This document shows, one piece after another, positions 1 through 12,358 of a stretch of 64,000 bases of DNA. The position numbers were made by a program, and so were the translations under genes. Under the pieces are notes generated by a model that saw only the letters and a program-made list of their open reading frames with translations, ran no database searches and was not told the DNA's origin. Positions within the stretch are counted from its first letter, which is position 1, and every line of letters starts with the position of its first letter. Origin of the DNA: Escherichia coli (GTDB lineage Bacteria > Pseudomonadota > Gammaproteobacteria > Enterobacterales > Enterobacteriaceae); NCBI RefSeq assembly GCF_044324875.1, contig NZ_CP172185.1; one strand, given 5' to 3'.

Positions 1-313
1 CGGTTTCCTCGCCGTAAACAGCCGTTTCAATGCTTCAGGTGATGGCGTGGCGCAACTGGGCCGCTCGCTGGATGTTGATGCTAATACCAACGGTCAGGTG
101 GTGATCCGTGATAGTGCCATCAACGAAGGTTTTAACACGGCGAAACCGTGGGCCGATGCGGTGATTTCCAATCGTCCGTTTGCGGGTAACACCGGCAGCG
201 TTGATGATAACGACGAAGTACAGCGTAATCTGAATGACACTAACTACAACCGCATGTGGGAATACAATAACCGCGGCGTGGGTAGCAAAGTGGTTGCAGA
301 GGCGAAGAAGTAA
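1..313 (+). CDS. ybhC: C-terminal fragment of a gene running in from upstream of the window; by position (convergent with ybhJ) likely ybhC, a pectinesterase-like lipoprotein
   Basis: Track ORF 47..313 is the in-frame tail of an ORF open to the window edge. Identity is from K-12 synteny only; I do not recognise the residues themselves. Confidence 0.5.
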   Translation, partial: GFLAVNSRFNASGDGVAQLGRSLDVDANTNGQVVIRDSAINEGFNTAKPWADAVISNRPFAGNTGSVDDNDEVQRNLNDTNYNRMWEYNNRGVGSKVVAEAKK

Positions 314-384
314 AAAAGAAAACCCGATAGTCTGAACCATCGGGTTAATGAAACTGGGCGCTATATTTCATAGCGCCTTTTTTT
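312..384. terminator. Two adjacent hairpins (aacccgat..atcgggtt and gggcgctat..atagcgcc) flanked by A/T runs; convergent terminators for ybhC and ybhJ
   Basis: Inverted repeats with U-runs on each strand, read directly from the sequence between two convergent genes. Confidence 0.5.
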
Positions 385-2644
385 ACATCTGACGGTTTTT
401 ATTGAAGTTAATCAAACTACCCGCCTTGATAATCTCGCGCTCTTCAGCAGTCAGACTTTCCATATAGAGCGTAATCTCTGTTACTGGCGCATCTTCATGG
501 ATCACATAACCCTTAAACGTCGTACCCGGATTATCCAGCGCCGCTTTAATGCCAGGGATGTAAATGTAATCCCCCACTTCAAACGTTGGTGCTTCCGCCA
601 TCTGCAGCGGTAACATCCCCCAGTTGATGACGTTAGAACGGTAGCGTTTAGTCGCGTACTCCTCGGCAATATTCGCCAGACCGCCAATCACACGCTGGCA
701 GCTCGCCGCCTGCTCACGCGCAGAACCATCGCCTGGTTTCACCGCATAGACCATGCTGCCAATTTCAGTTTGCAGCGGATCAATATGCTCCTGACCAGCA
801 ATCTGCTTAATGCGCGCAAACACCTCTGTCAGCTCGCTGACATTCCCCGCCAGACGCTGATTTTCCAGCTCAGCAGTCACTTTACTTCTGCCAACATAAC
901 CGGGATCGCGGCGTGACAGGGTAAACTCCGCCAGACCAATCGGATTTGAACGATAAGAAGAGGTTTCACCGGAAGGGATCAGTTCGTCGGTGGTGGTCAC
1001 TTCGTCGAGGATCTTCGAGCACACTTTGAGGACGATATTGTCAGTCAGCGCCCCCAATTCCGGCCAGTCTTTAATGTTCGGTCCGTAAATCAGCGGTTGC
1101 TGAGTTGCCCCTTTCACAAAGCCCTGATAAACACGGTTTTTATACGGCGTTACATCGAAGGCGTACTCCGGCACGTTGTCCCAGCAATCGAGTTCGCTGG
1201 CAGAAGTTAAATAGCCACCGTTTGCCGCAGTCGCAGCGATAGAACGAGCGTCCATCAACGCCACCGCTGACATCTGCCCATTGGCTGGCTTAGAGCCTTC
1301 GCGGTTCGGGAAGTTACGCGTGGTGTGGCGAATACTCAAACCGTTGTTGATTGGCGTATCGCCCGCGCCAAAGCATGGGCCGCAGAACGCGGTTCTGATG
1401 ATTGCGCCTGCGCCAATCAAATCTGCTACCACACCTTTTTTGGCGAGATCCATAAACACCGGCTGTGATGACGGGTAAACCGCTAACGAGAAGGTGTCAT
1501 TGCCACAGGATTGACCGCGCAGTGCATTCGCCGCCGCGATGACGTTTTCGTAGTTACCGCCAGAACAGCCCGCGATAATCCCCTGCTGCACTTTCAGGCG
1601 ACCATTTTCCACTTTATCCAGCAGCGAGAGTTTGGCTTTACCGTGCGCCACGCGTTCGGACTCAATTTCAATCTCACGCAGAATGTCGGTCAGGTTCTGG
1701 TTCAGCGTGTCGATTTCATACACGTTGCTCGGGTGAAACGGCAGCGCAATCATTGGTTTGATGGCGCTTAAATCAACGCTGATGCAGCCATCGTAGTACG
1801 CCATCGGTTGAGGGTTAAGCTGGCAGTAATCCTGGCCGCGACCGTGCAGCGCCAGCCAGTTATGGACTTCTTCATCGGTTTGCCAGACAGAACTTAAACA
1901 GGTCGTTTCAGTGGTCATAACGTCAACGCTGTTACGGAAATCGGTAGAGAGCGCAGCAACACCGGGACCTACGAATTCCATCACTTTGTTTTTGACGTAG
2001 CCGTTTTTGAACACGGCACCGATGATAGCCAGCGCCACATCCTGTGGCCCCACATACGGCGCTGGTTTTCCGGTCAGATGCACCGCAACAACTCCCGGAT
2101 AGTCGATATCCCAGGTGTCATTAAGCAATTGTTTTACCAACTCGCCGCCGCCCTCACCGACTGCCATTGTCCCTAATGCACCGTAACGGGTGTGGCTGTC
2201 TGACCCGAGGATCATTTTGCCGCCGCCTGCCATCATCTCACGCATATATTGATGGATGACCGCAATATGCGGAGGCACAAAAATACCGCCATAACGCTGC
2301 GCTGCCGATAAACCAAAAACATGGTCATCACCGTTAATGGTGCCGCCGACGGCGCAAAGTGAGTTATGGCAGTTGGTCAGCACATACGGCAGCGGGAAAC
2401 GTTCCATACCGGACGCTTTAGCAGTCTGTACAATCCCAACAAAGGTAATATCGTGAGAGGCTAATGAATTAAACTTAATTTTAAGTTTATCCATATTTCC
2501 GGACGTATTATGAGAAGAGAGAATAGACCAGGCAATAGTGCCTTTTTTGGCTTCTTCTTTTTTAATTTCGCCGGTGAAATGTTCTTCGGCAATTATTTCG
2601 TTATTACTGGCGAGAAACACGCCTTTTTCAGATAACTTGATCAT
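383..2644 (-). CDS. ybhJ: Aconitase-family putative hydratase (753 aa from the ATG; the track ORF starts at an upstream GTG)
   Basis: 761-aa ORF with aconitase-like Cys/Gly-rich motifs; length from the internal Met (MIKLSEKG) matches K-12 YbhJ; synteny. Confidence 0.85.
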   Translation of the reverse strand: MIKLSEKGVFLASNNEIIAEEHFTGEIKKEEAKKGTIAWSILSSHNTSGNMDKLKIKFNSLASHDITFVGIVQTAKASGMERFPLPYVLTNCHNSLCAVGGTINGDDHVFGLSAAQRYGGIFVPPHIAVIHQYMREMMAGGGKMILGSDSHTRYGALGTMAVGEGGGELVKQLLNDTWDIDYPGVVAVHLTGKPAPYVGPQDVALAIIGAVFKNGYVKNKVMEFVGPGVAALSTDFRNSVDVMTTETTCLSSVWQTDEEVHNWLALHGRGQDYCQLNPQPMAYYDGCISVDLSAIKPMIALPFHPSNVYEIDTLNQNLTDILREIEIESERVAHGKAKLSLLDKVENGRLKVQQGIIAGCSGGNYENVIAAANALRGQSCGNDTFSLAVYPSSQPVFMDLAKKGVVADLIGAGAIIRTAFCGPCFGAGDTPINNGLSIRHTTRNFPNREGSKPANGQMSAVALMDARSIAATAANGGYLTSASELDCWDNVPEYAFDVTPYKNRVYQGFVKGATQQPLIYGPNIKDWPELGALTDNIVLKVCSKILDEVTTTDELIPSGETSSYRSNPIGLAEFTLSRRDPGYVGRSKVTAELENQRLAGNVSELTEVFARIKQIAGQEHIDPLQTEIGSMVYAVKPGDGSAREQAASCQRVIGGLANIAEEYATKRYRSNVINWGMLPLQMAEAPTFEVGDYIYIPGIKAALDNPGTTFKGYVIHEDAPVTEITLYMESLTAEEREIIKAGSLINFNKNRQM

Positions 2645-2826
2645 CAAATGCTCCAGATATCTGCGCACCGAGAAGTGCGCAGAAAGATAATAAATGGATA
2701 TACTCTAAATAATTAGAGTTGCAGGAAGGCGACTAGCGAGTGAATCCCCAGGCGCTTACATAAGTAAGTGACTGGGGTGAGCGAACGCAGACGCAGCACA
2801 TGCAACTTGAAGTATGACGAGTATAT

Positions 2827-4260
2827 TTACAGCATGTTCCAGCCGATCAGCATATTCCACCACCACACACCGAGGGTGATATGTACCAGGAAGGTTAATA
2901 TCGTCAGTACCGCACCGACCAACCACCAGGATTTAATATCGTTGTAACCCACGCCAAAGATGACCGGACCTGCCGCGCCGCCATAGTGAGTAACCATGCC
3001 GCCATAGGAGTTGGAGAACAACAGTGCCAGCGCGGTTAACATTAACGGTGCGCCGGAGACGTTCGCCAGCATGGCAAATACCGGTAACATAGCAACGATA
3101 TAGGCACTACCGGAAGCGAAGAAATAACGAACGATGATGCTGAGGAAAATAATAACGAAGAAAGCAACGTTACCGTGACCATCAAATGCCAGGTTATTTT
3201 TAAAGACTTCAGCTAACCATTCGAAGAATTTAACTTTCGATAATAAGGAGCTTAAGCCGATAATACCGCCGTACCAGATTAAGGTATTCCAGCCGCCTTT
3301 ATTTTTAACCACGTCTTCCCAGGTAACGATACCCAGCAGCAGCATAGTCGCCATAACAACGATTGCCACGGTGGATTCATCAACCCCCAGTGACTTACTG
3401 AAAATCCAGCCCAGCAGCGCCAGCACGAAGACACCGAGCAGCATTTTTTCGCGGATTTTCATCGGTCCCAGTTCGGCAAGGCCCGCTTTGGCGATAGTTT
3501 TGTTATCCACCTTCTTAATTTCTGGCGGATACATGGTGTAAATCACCAGCGGGGTGACCAGCAGCATAATGATACCCGGCAATCCGGCGGCCAGCGCCCA
3601 TCCACCCCAGCTAATTTGCAGGTGCAGAATGTCGTTGATCATTTTCAGCGCCAGAATGTTCCCCGCCATTGCGGTAAAGAACATATAGCTGGTGGTTTTG
3701 GTGACCATGTAAATGGACATCATCAGGTAATGTCCGACACGACGCGGGCTTTTTTCAGGTTCTGACCCCAAAGCCACCGCCACGCTGTTGATGATCGGTA
3801 ACACAATGCCGCCCGCACGCGCGGTGTTAGACGGTGTTGCCGGAGCCAGTACCAGATCGAGAAATACCGTAACGTAACCCAGGCCCAGGGTAGTGCTACC
3901 AATTTTACCAATCAGCAAATAGGCAATACGTTTACCTAAGCCGGTGGTCACAAATGCGGCGCTTAAGGTAAACGCCGAGAACACCAGCCAGGTGGTACCT
4001 GAAGAGTAACCGCTTAATACGGCGGTGGTTTTAAACGCACCGTCGGATAAGTTACCGACCACCACCATGGAGGCAGCAACGGCAATTAACAGTACGACAG
4101 GTTCCGGGAAAGGCTTGATAACCAGCCCCACAATGGCCGCCAGGTAAATACCAAAAAGCACCCACGCCAGTTCGCTTAATCCTGCCGGAGCTGGCATAAA
4201 GCCAATAATACATGGGATCGCTAATATCAGAATTAGCTTCCATAACGATTTTTTATTCAT
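2827..4260 (-). CDS. ybhI: DASS-family anion/tricarboxylate transporter
   Basis: 477-aa polytopic membrane protein; length and position match K-12 ybhI. Confidence 0.85.
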   Translation of the reverse strand: MNKKSLWKLILILAIPCIIGFMPAPAGLSELAWVLFGIYLAAIVGLVIKPFPEPVVLLIAVAASMVVVGNLSDGAFKTTAVLSGYSSGTTWLVFSAFTLSAAFVTTGLGKRIAYLLIGKIGSTTLGLGYVTVFLDLVLAPATPSNTARAGGIVLPIINSVAVALGSEPEKSPRRVGHYLMMSIYMVTKTTSYMFFTAMAGNILALKMINDILHLQISWGGWALAAGLPGIIMLLVTPLVIYTMYPPEIKKVDNKTIAKAGLAELGPMKIREKMLLGVFVLALLGWIFSKSLGVDESTVAIVVMATMLLLGIVTWEDVVKNKGGWNTLIWYGGIIGLSSLLSKVKFFEWLAEVFKNNLAFDGHGNVAFFVIIFLSIIVRYFFASGSAYIVAMLPVFAMLANVSGAPLMLTALALLFSNSYGGMVTHYGGAAGPVIFGVGYNDIKSWWLVGAVLTILTFLVHITLGVWWWNMLIGWNML

Positions 4261-4335
4261 TTAAAATCCTGTTCTTTCTGTATGACTCATACAGAAGTCC
4301 TTTATTGATTGTCCTTATCCTGACAACGAATTTTT

Positions 4336-5388
4336 TCAGGGAAGAAAAACTTCACCGGAAAATATTTTTCTGGTTGTCCGAATAACAGATGCGCGTAACG
4401 TCGTGGCATCCTGACCTTCATTACTTAAATGAACGTCGAGCGCACCACTGGGGTGTTCAATATTGATATTGCCGTATCCTACAGAAGGGACGATTTGTCG
4501 GGTGACGGTGCCTTCCAATGCACAACTACTGGAAATGGCAATAGCACCGGTTATCGCCAGCGCGCGATGGCAAGAATGCGGCATAAAATAACGCACATTA
4601 ATTGCTCCGCCTTTCTGCGCTGGAGAAATAAGCACAGGTTTAGGGATAACCATATTACTGACATCGCCTAATCCCATTGCTTTACCCGCTTGTAGACGGA
4701 TAGATTCAATGCGGGCTAATAATGCTTTGTCGGCATCCAGCTCCGCCGGTAATTCATAGCCTGTTTTTCCCAGATATTCAGCAGGAATAATGACAACTGG
4801 CATCGCCATATCGATACAGGTCACCGGGACATCGTCAAAATAATCAATCTGATTATCAGTCGGGAAGATTTTTCCGGTTTTGGTTCCGGCGGCATTCAGG
4901 AAAGTGAGCGCAACCGGTGCGGCAGTACCCGGTACGCCGTCAATTCTGGCGCTACCCTCGTACTCGACAACACCATTTGGCGTTTGCACATCAGCTTCGA
5001 TGAACGTACCCGTATTGACGTTGCGGATACGTACGCGGGTAACTGGCGAAGTCGCTGCAATCAAACCATTTTCAATGGCGAATGCCCCAACCCCAGACAA
5101 CATATTGCCGCAGTTTGGTGTTGTATCGACACGCTGCTCATGGACAATAACCTGAGCAAACAGATAATCGACATCAGCACGCGGATCGTCGGAATGGCTA
5201 ATAATGGCGACTTTACTGGTCAGCGGATTACCGCCGCCAATACCGTCAATTTCCAGATCGTTACCGGAACCCATAATTGCCATCAATATTTTATCGCGCT
5301 GCGTTTGATCTTCGGGTAGATGTTCCGCTAACAGGAACGCGCCCCTCGAGGTTCCCCCTCTCATCATCACGCAGGGTATTTTTTTCAT
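4336..5388 (-). CDS. ybhH: PrpF/AcnD-accessory-like isomerase family protein
   Basis: 350-aa ORF; length and synteny match K-12 ybhH. Confidence 0.8.
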   Translation of the reverse strand: MKKIPCVMMRGGTSRGAFLLAEHLPEDQTQRDKILMAIMGSGNDLEIDGIGGGNPLTSKVAIISHSDDPRADVDYLFAQVIVHEQRVDTTPNCGNMLSGVGAFAIENGLIAATSPVTRVRIRNVNTGTFIEADVQTPNGVVEYEGSARIDGVPGTAAPVALTFLNAAGTKTGKIFPTDNQIDYFDDVPVTCIDMAMPVVIIPAEYLGKTGYELPAELDADKALLARIESIRLQAGKAMGLGDVSNMVIPKPVLISPAQKGGAINVRYFMPHSCHRALAITGAIAISSSCALEGTVTRQIVPSVGYGNINIEHPSGALDVHLSNEGQDATTLRASVIRTTRKIFSGEVFLP

Positions 5389-5571
5389 AATAATGCCCTC
5401 AATTTAAAAACATAACTTATTGCGATATGGTTACATTAAGGGCAAAGCATCTCTAATGACTTTAGCTCAACGATTAATAACATTTTTTCATTAATTTAAG
5501 TTAGCTAAATGCAGTTAAAATTTTTAACGGCCAGTCACCCAAAATCGACGCTTCCATTTTCCGGAGTAATA

Positions 5572-6525
5572 ATGAAGCATGAATTATCAAGTATGAAGGC
5601 ATTTGTCATACTGGCAGAGTCCAGTTCATTTAACAATGCCGCTAAATTACTCAATATTACGCAACCTGCATTAACGCGAAGAATAAAAAAGATGGAGGAA
5701 GATTTACATATCCAACTATTTGAGCGTACAACTCGCAAGGTTACGTTAACAAAAGCAGGAAAAAGATTGCTCCCGGAGGCGCGGGAATTAATAAAGAAAT
5801 TCGATGAAACGCTTTTTAATATTCGTGATATGAATGCTTATCATCGTGGTATGGTGACATTAGCGTGTATTCCGACCGCAGTATTTTATTTTTTACCGCT
5901 GGCAATCGGTAAATTTAATGAGCTTTATCCCAATATTAAAGTGCGGATTCTGGAACAAGGTACGAATAATTGCATGGAATCGGTGCTGTGTAACGAATCA
6001 GACTTTGGCATAAACATGAACAACGTCACAAATTCATCCATCGATTTTACCCCCCTGGTCAACGAGCCGTTCGTGCTGGCCTGTCGGCGTGACCATCCAT
6101 TGGCCAAAAAGCAGCTTGTAGAATGGCAGGAGTTAGTGGGTTACAAAATGATTGGCGTACGCTCCTCCAGCGGCAACCGACTGTTGATAGAACAACAGCT
6201 GGCCGACAAGCCCTGGAAGCTGGACTGGTTTTACGAAGTGCGTCATCTTTCGACGTCATTAGGACTGGTGGAGGCGGGACTGGGAATTTCGGCGCTTCCT
6301 GGTCTGGCAATGCCCCATGCACCCTATTCTTCGATTATTGGTATCCCGCTGGTGGAACCGGTTATACGTCGAACATTGGGGATTATTCGCCGCAAAGATG
6401 CCGTGCTTTCTCCGGCAGCTGAACGCTTTTTTGCCTTGCTGATTAATTTGTGGACTGACGATAAAGACAATTTGTGGACCAATATCGTCGAACGCCAGAG
6501 ACATGCGTTACAGGAGATAGGTTAA
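5572..6525 (+). CDS. ybhD: LysR-family transcriptional regulator, divergent from ybhH
   Basis: N-terminal HTH (FNNAAKLLNITQPALTRRIKKMEE); start placed at the internal ATG at 5572 to give 317 aa as in K-12. Confidence 0.8.
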   Translation: MKHELSSMKAFVILAESSSFNNAAKLLNITQPALTRRIKKMEEDLHIQLFERTTRKVTLTKAGKRLLPEARELIKKFDETLFNIRDMNAYHRGMVTLACIPTAVFYFLPLAIGKFNELYPNIKVRILEQGTNNCMESVLCNESDFGINMNNVTNSSIDFTPLVNEPFVLACRRDHPLAKKQLVEWQELVGYKMIGVRSSSGNRLLIEQQLADKPWKLDWFYEVRHLSTSLGLVEAGLGISALPGLAMPHAPYSSIIGIPLVEPVIRRTLGIIRRKDAVLSPAAERFFALLINLWTDDKDNLWTNIVERQRHALQEIG

Positions 6526-6565
6526 TACACCGGCGCAGAAGAGACTGCGCCGGGTAAATCAGCGG

Positions 6566-7597
<1,032 letters not shown>

Positions 7598-7715
7598 CTA
7601 AAATTAGTCGCTTTTGGCGGTGAATGCTGAATTAAAACGCAGAATTTTGTCCGATAGTGGTATCGGTGTACCATTCGCGCAGAAGAAAATTCTTAACCTT
7701 AATCTGGAATACGCC

Positions 7716-8534
7716 ATGACCACACGCGTGATTGCTCTCGACTTAGACGGCACCTTATTGACCCCGAAAAAGACCCTGCTTCCTTCATCGATAGAAGCCC
7801 TGGCCCGCGCTCGCGAAGCAGGCTATCAATTAATCATCGTCACAGGTCGCCATCACGTCGCTATTCATCCTTTTTATCAGGCGCTGGCGCTGGATACACC
7901 TGCTATTTGCTGTAATGGCACCTATTTGTATGATTATCATGCAAAAACAGTGCTGGAAGCGGACCCAATGCCCGTTAATAAAGCCCTGCAACTCATTGAG
8001 ATGCTGAATGAACACCACATTCACGGTCTGATGTATGTGGATGATGCAATGGTCTATGAGCACCCGACCGGGCATGTCATTCGCACGTCTAACTGGGCGC
8101 AAACCCTGCCGCCGGAACAGCGTCCGACTTTCACACAAGTCGCTTCTCTGGCTGAAACGGCGCAACAAGTTAACGCCGTATGGAAGTTCGCTCTGACGCA
8201 CGATGACCTGCCGCAATTGCAGCATTTTGGTAAGCATGTCGAACATGAACTGGGACTGGAGTGTGAATGGTCCTGGCACGATCAGGTTGATATTGCACGC
8301 GGCGGCAACAGCAAAGGTAAACGTTTGACGAAATGGGTTGAGGCACAAGGTTGGTCGATGGAAAACGTCGTGGCATTCGGCGATAACTTTAATGATATCA
8401 GTATGCTGGAAGCCGCTGGTACGGGCGTGGCGATGGGCAACGCCGATGACGCGGTAAAAGCGCGCGCCAACATTGTGATTGGTGATAACACCACCGACAG
8501 CATTGCCCGGTTCATTTATAGCCACCTGATTTAA
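7716..8534 (+). CDS. ybhA: HAD-family pyridoxal phosphate/sugar phosphatase
   Basis: HAD motif I (IALDLDGTLL) directly after the ATG at 7716; 272 aa as in K-12. Confidence 0.85.
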   Translation: MTTRVIALDLDGTLLTPKKTLLPSSIEALARAREAGYQLIIVTGRHHVAIHPFYQALALDTPAICCNGTYLYDYHAKTVLEADPMPVNKALQLIEMLNEHHIHGLMYVDDAMVYEHPTGHVIRTSNWAQTLPPEQRPTFTQVASLAETAQQVNAVWKFALTHDDLPQLQHFGKHVEHELGLECEWSWHDQVDIARGGNSKGKRLTKWVEAQGWSMENVVAFGDNFNDISMLEAAGTGVAMGNADDAVKARANIVIGDNTTDSIARFIYSHLI

Positions 8535-9593
8535 TCAGGCGGTTATCGACACACTTTTAATTTGCGCGTACAGCCACAGGCCAGGTTTGATCGCCAGTTC
8601 ATCCCTGGCCCACGGGCTGATACGCGCCCACAGCGTTTTACCGCCGACTTCCAGCTCCACTTCCACCTGGCCGTTGTCGTCATAACTATTAACAACTTTT
8701 GCCCGCAATACGTTACGAATGCTGGTTTGCTGCGGCGGTTGTAAAACCAGAGAAACATCGGAAGCCTGAATGCGGATACGTAGCGCAGCTTGCAGCGGTT
8801 CGTCCAGCTTATTAACCCACAAATGCTGATCGCCCAGCGCCAGCGCGGTCATCGCGTAATGCGGATGATGCTCAAGCACCGTCACTTTCAGAATGCTACT
8901 TTGTTGCTCTTTCGGCAGCCACGGATTCATCACGCTACTGCCCCACACTTCCTCCAGCGCGCCAAAGGCTTTCACCTGACCGTTTTCCAGTACCATCACT
9001 CTGTCTGCCAGATGGAGGATCTCATCCAGCGAATGGCTGACATACAACATCGGAATGTTGATTTCCCGTGTCAGCCGTTGCAGATAAGGCAACAGTTCGC
9101 GTTTACGCGGAATATCCAGTGACGCCAGCGGTTCATCCAGCAACAGCAATTCCGGTGCTGTCAGCAAAGCCCGACCAATCGCCACGCGCTGTTTTTCGCC
9201 TCCGGAAAGGCTGCCCGGTAAACGCTCAAGAAACGGTTCAATGCCTAAAAGCGCCACCAGCTTATCGAACTGATCGACCATACTTTTCGACATGCCGTAG
9301 CGCAGATTGCCACGCACTTTGTAATGCGGGAACAGCCGCGCATCCTGAAAAACATAGCCAACGCGACGCTTTTCCGGCGTCAGGCAGATACCTTTTTCGG
9401 CATCATTTAGTACCCGCCCATTGAGGACAATCCGCCCTTTTTGCGGACGCGTCAGTCCACTGATGGCGTTAATCAGCGAAGTTTTTCCGGCACCGGAGAC
9501 GCCAAAGATAGCAGTGATGCCATTGGCGGGCAGCGTTTCATTAATGGTCAGGCAATGGTTGCCCAACGTCTGGGAAAAATTCAGTTCCAGCAT
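8535..9593 (-). CDS. modC: Molybdate ABC transporter ATP-binding protein
   Basis: Walker A (GVSGAGKTS), ABC signature (LSGGEKQRV), C-terminal Mop domain; 352 aa. Confidence 0.92.
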   Translation of the reverse strand: MLELNFSQTLGNHCLTINETLPANGITAIFGVSGAGKTSLINAISGLTRPQKGRIVLNGRVLNDAEKGICLTPEKRRVGYVFQDARLFPHYKVRGNLRYGMSKSMVDQFDKLVALLGIEPFLERLPGSLSGGEKQRVAIGRALLTAPELLLLDEPLASLDIPRKRELLPYLQRLTREINIPMLYVSHSLDEILHLADRVMVLENGQVKAFGALEEVWGSSVMNPWLPKEQQSSILKVTVLEHHPHYAMTALALGDQHLWVNKLDEPLQAALRIRIQASDVSLVLQPPQQTSIRNVLRAKVVNSYDDNGQVEVELEVGGKTLWARISPWARDELAIKPGLWLYAQIKSVSITA

Positions 9594-9595
9594 GA

Positions 9596-10285
9596 TTAGC
9601 GCCCCGCCCGTTCACGGCTGATTCTGGCCAGCCATTCTGAAATCAACAGGGAGATCATCGCCAGCGCAATAGAAATAATGCACAGTCTCGCCGCGCCACT
9701 TTCCCCGCCGGGGGTCTGGATCAGGGTATACATGGCAGAGGGAATAGTTCGCGTTTCGCCAGGAATGTTCGACACAAAGGTGATGGTTGCACCAAACTCA
9801 CCGAGAGAACGAGCAAAAGCCAGTACCGTACCAACAATAATGCCCGGTAAGGTCAGCGGTAACGTGATAGTAAAGAAAACTCGCCAGCGCCCGGCCCCCA
9901 GTGTTCTTGCGGCCTGCTCCAGTTTGATATCAACACCTTCCAGCGCCAGACGAATCGCCCGCACCATCAGCGGAAAAGACATGACAGCGGCAGCGAGAAC
10001 CGCACCGCGCCAGCTAAAGGCGAAGGTAATGCCAAACCAGTCATACAGACGTTCACCGATAAATCCGCGCCGTCCCATCGAAACTAATAATAAGTAACCG
10101 ACGACCACGGGCGGTAACACCAGCGGTAGATGCAGTACGCTATCGAGCAGAGCTTTGCCCGGAAACGTGCAACGTACCAGTAACCAGGCAAAAAAGATCC
10201 CAAACGGCAGGCTAAACAGCACAGCCAGGGAAGAAACTTTCAGGCTTAATAAAACTGCCTGCCATTCTGGATCGGTCAGTATCAT
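9596..10285 (-). CDS. modB: Molybdate ABC transporter permease
   Basis: 229-aa membrane protein; synteny. Confidence 0.9.
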   Translation of the reverse strand: MILTDPEWQAVLLSLKVSSLAVLFSLPFGIFFAWLLVRCTFPGKALLDSVLHLPLVLPPVVVGYLLLVSMGRRGFIGERLYDWFGITFAFSWRGAVLAAAVMSFPLMVRAIRLALEGVDIKLEQAARTLGAGRWRVFFTITLPLTLPGIIVGTVLAFARSLGEFGATITFVSNIPGETRTIPSAMYTLIQTPGGESGAARLCIISIALAMISLLISEWLARISRERAGR

Positions 10286-11058
10286 TACTTGGTTGTAAAT
10301 CCGTAACGTTTAAAGATTTCCGCAGCCTGCGGCCCCTTCAGATAATCATAAAATGCTATCACTGTCGCATTATTATGCCCTTCCACAACAGCAACCGGAT
10401 ATTCCACTTTTTTATGTGAATCTTCCGGGAAGGTGGCAACCACTTTTACCCCTTTGCTGGCAACTGCGTCAGAACCGTAAACAATACCCAGCGGCGCTTC
10501 ATTGCGTTCGACCAACGCCAGCGCGCCACGAACATCTTCCGCCGGAGCCAGTTTCGGGGAGAGCGTATCCCATGCGCCCAGTTTTTGCAGTGCTTCTTTT
10601 GCATAAATGCCAGCAGGGACATGTTCCGGATCGCCAACCGCGAGGCGACCGCCATTCAGCAGCGAAGTCCAGTTAGTTTTGCTGTCGATGGTGAAATCTT
10701 TCTGCTCGCTGGCTTTCGGTGCTACAACGACCAGGCTATTGCCGAGCAGTGTCTGGCGCGAAGCTGTATCGATCGCTTTTTTATCAACCGCATAATCCAT
10801 CCATTTCTGATCGGCAGAAATAAACAGATCCGCAGGCGCACCCGCTTCAATCTGACGGGCCAAAGTAGATGACGAAGCGAAAGAAGAAACCACATCCACG
10901 CCTTTCTCTTTTTTATACTGCGTAGCAATGTCCTGCATTGCGTTAGTCAGTGATGCGGCGGCGAACACCGTGATTTTCCCTTCATCTGCCAGTGCATTGC
11001 CAGCAACAGCGAAAGAGAGTGCCGCCCCGGTAAACAAGTTCAACCATTTACGAGCCAT
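10285..11058 (-). CDS. modA: Molybdate-binding periplasmic protein
   Basis: 257 aa with signal peptide (…AGNALA); synteny. Confidence 0.92.
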   Translation of the reverse strand: MARKWLNLFTGAALSFAVAGNALADEGKITVFAAASLTNAMQDIATQYKKEKGVDVVSSFASSSTLARQIEAGAPADLFISADQKWMDYAVDKKAIDTASRQTLLGNSLVVVAPKASEQKDFTIDSKTNWTSLLNGGRLAVGDPEHVPAGIYAKEALQKLGAWDTLSPKLAPAEDVRGALALVERNEAPLGIVYGSDAVASKGVKVVATFPEDSHKKVEYPVAVVEGHNNATVIAFYDYLKGPQAAEIFKRYGFTTK

Positions 11059-11071
11059 TGGTAACCCCTTA

Positions 11072-11101
11072 ATGTAACGTTATGTAGGCGTCAATATAAC
11101 G
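11072..11101 (-). promoter_or_regulatory. Candidate ModE operator at the modA promoter (modA-strand sequence cgttatattgacgcctacataacgttacat; TATAT-N7-TACAT)
   Basis: Motif read from the sequence; matches my recollection of the modABC operator. Exact footprint not verified. Confidence 0.5.
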
Positions 11102-11224
11102 GCAAGTTCGGAATTTTCCCAGCAGTTATTGTTAACCTTTGTGAGGTAGATGAGAAAAAATATCGGCAGGAAAAGCAGGAAGTTGAGAAAAAGAAAATGC
11201 CCGACTAAGCGGGCATTCAGGGAA

Positions 11225-11392
<168 letters not shown>

Positions 11393-11502
11393 TCATGAGA
11401 CTATTCTAACCGCTAAGCACAGAAAAGCACTCCCCTTTTGTGCGGTCAGCTTTGCGTGGCGTTCGTTTTCCGTCACAATAAGACTTTTGCCAGGACATTG
11501 TT

Positions 11503-12291
11503 ATGCAGGCCGAAATCCTTCTCACCCTTAAGCTCCAACAAAAATTATTCGCCGACCCGCGCCGCATTTCGCTACTAAAACACATTGCGCTTTCCGGTTC
11601 CATTAGCCAGGGAGCGAAAGATGCCGGTATCAGCTATAAAAGCGCCTGGGATGCCATTAACGAGATGAATCAGTTAAGTGAGCATATTCTGGTCGAGCGC
11701 GCAACAGGCGGTAAAGGTGGCGGCGGCGCAGTACTGACCCGCTATGGTCAGCGACTGATTCAGCTCTATGACTTACTGGCGCAAATCCAGCAAAAAGCCT
11801 TTGATGTGTTAAGTGACGATGACGCCCTGCCGCTGAACAGCCTGCTGGCCGCGATCTCACGTTTTTCACTGCAAACCAGCGCCCGTAACCAGTGGTTCGG
11901 TACCATCACCGCCCGCGATCATGATGACGTTCAACAGCATGTTGATGTCTTACTGGCTGACGGAAAAACACGCCTGAAAGTCGCAATTACCGCACAAAGC
12001 GGCGCGCGTCTGGGGCTGGATGAAGGCAAAGAAGTGTTGATATTACTAAAAGCGCCGTGGGTAGGCATTACTCAGGACGAAGCGGTCGCACAAAACGCCG
12101 ACAACCAATTACCGGGTATTATTAGTCATATTGAGCGCGGCGCAGAGCAGTGCGAAGTATTAATGGCGCTACCCGACGGGCAAACACTGTGCGCCACAGT
12201 GCCGGTAAATGAAGCGACTTCTCTTCAGCAAGGACAGAATGTCACGGCCTACTTTAATGCCGACAGCGTGATTATCGCCACGCTGTGCTAA
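11503..12291 (+). CDS. modE: Molybdate-responsive transcriptional regulator
   Basis: 262 aa; N-terminal HTH and C-terminal Mop domains; synteny. Confidence 0.9.
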   Translation: MQAEILLTLKLQQKLFADPRRISLLKHIALSGSISQGAKDAGISYKSAWDAINEMNQLSEHILVERATGGKGGGGAVLTRYGQRLIQLYDLLAQIQQKAFDVLSDDDALPLNSLLAAISRFSLQTSARNQWFGTITARDHDDVQQHVDVLLADGKTRLKVAITAQSGARLGLDEGKEVLILLKAPWVGITQDEAVAQNADNQLPGIISHIERGAEQCEVLMALPDGQTLCATVPVNEATSLQQGQNVTAYFNADSVIIATLC

Positions 12292-12358
12292 GCGTGTTGA
12301 CAATTTGTTATGAAACACGTATCCCTGTCAGTAATCGCTGCACAAAATGGGATATAAA

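Noticed and set aside
47-313. Track ORF reported as a complete 88-aa protein starting at 47
   Set aside because: The reading frame is open back to the window edge and sits where the ybhC 3' end is expected, so it is treated as a C-terminal fragment rather than a small gene.
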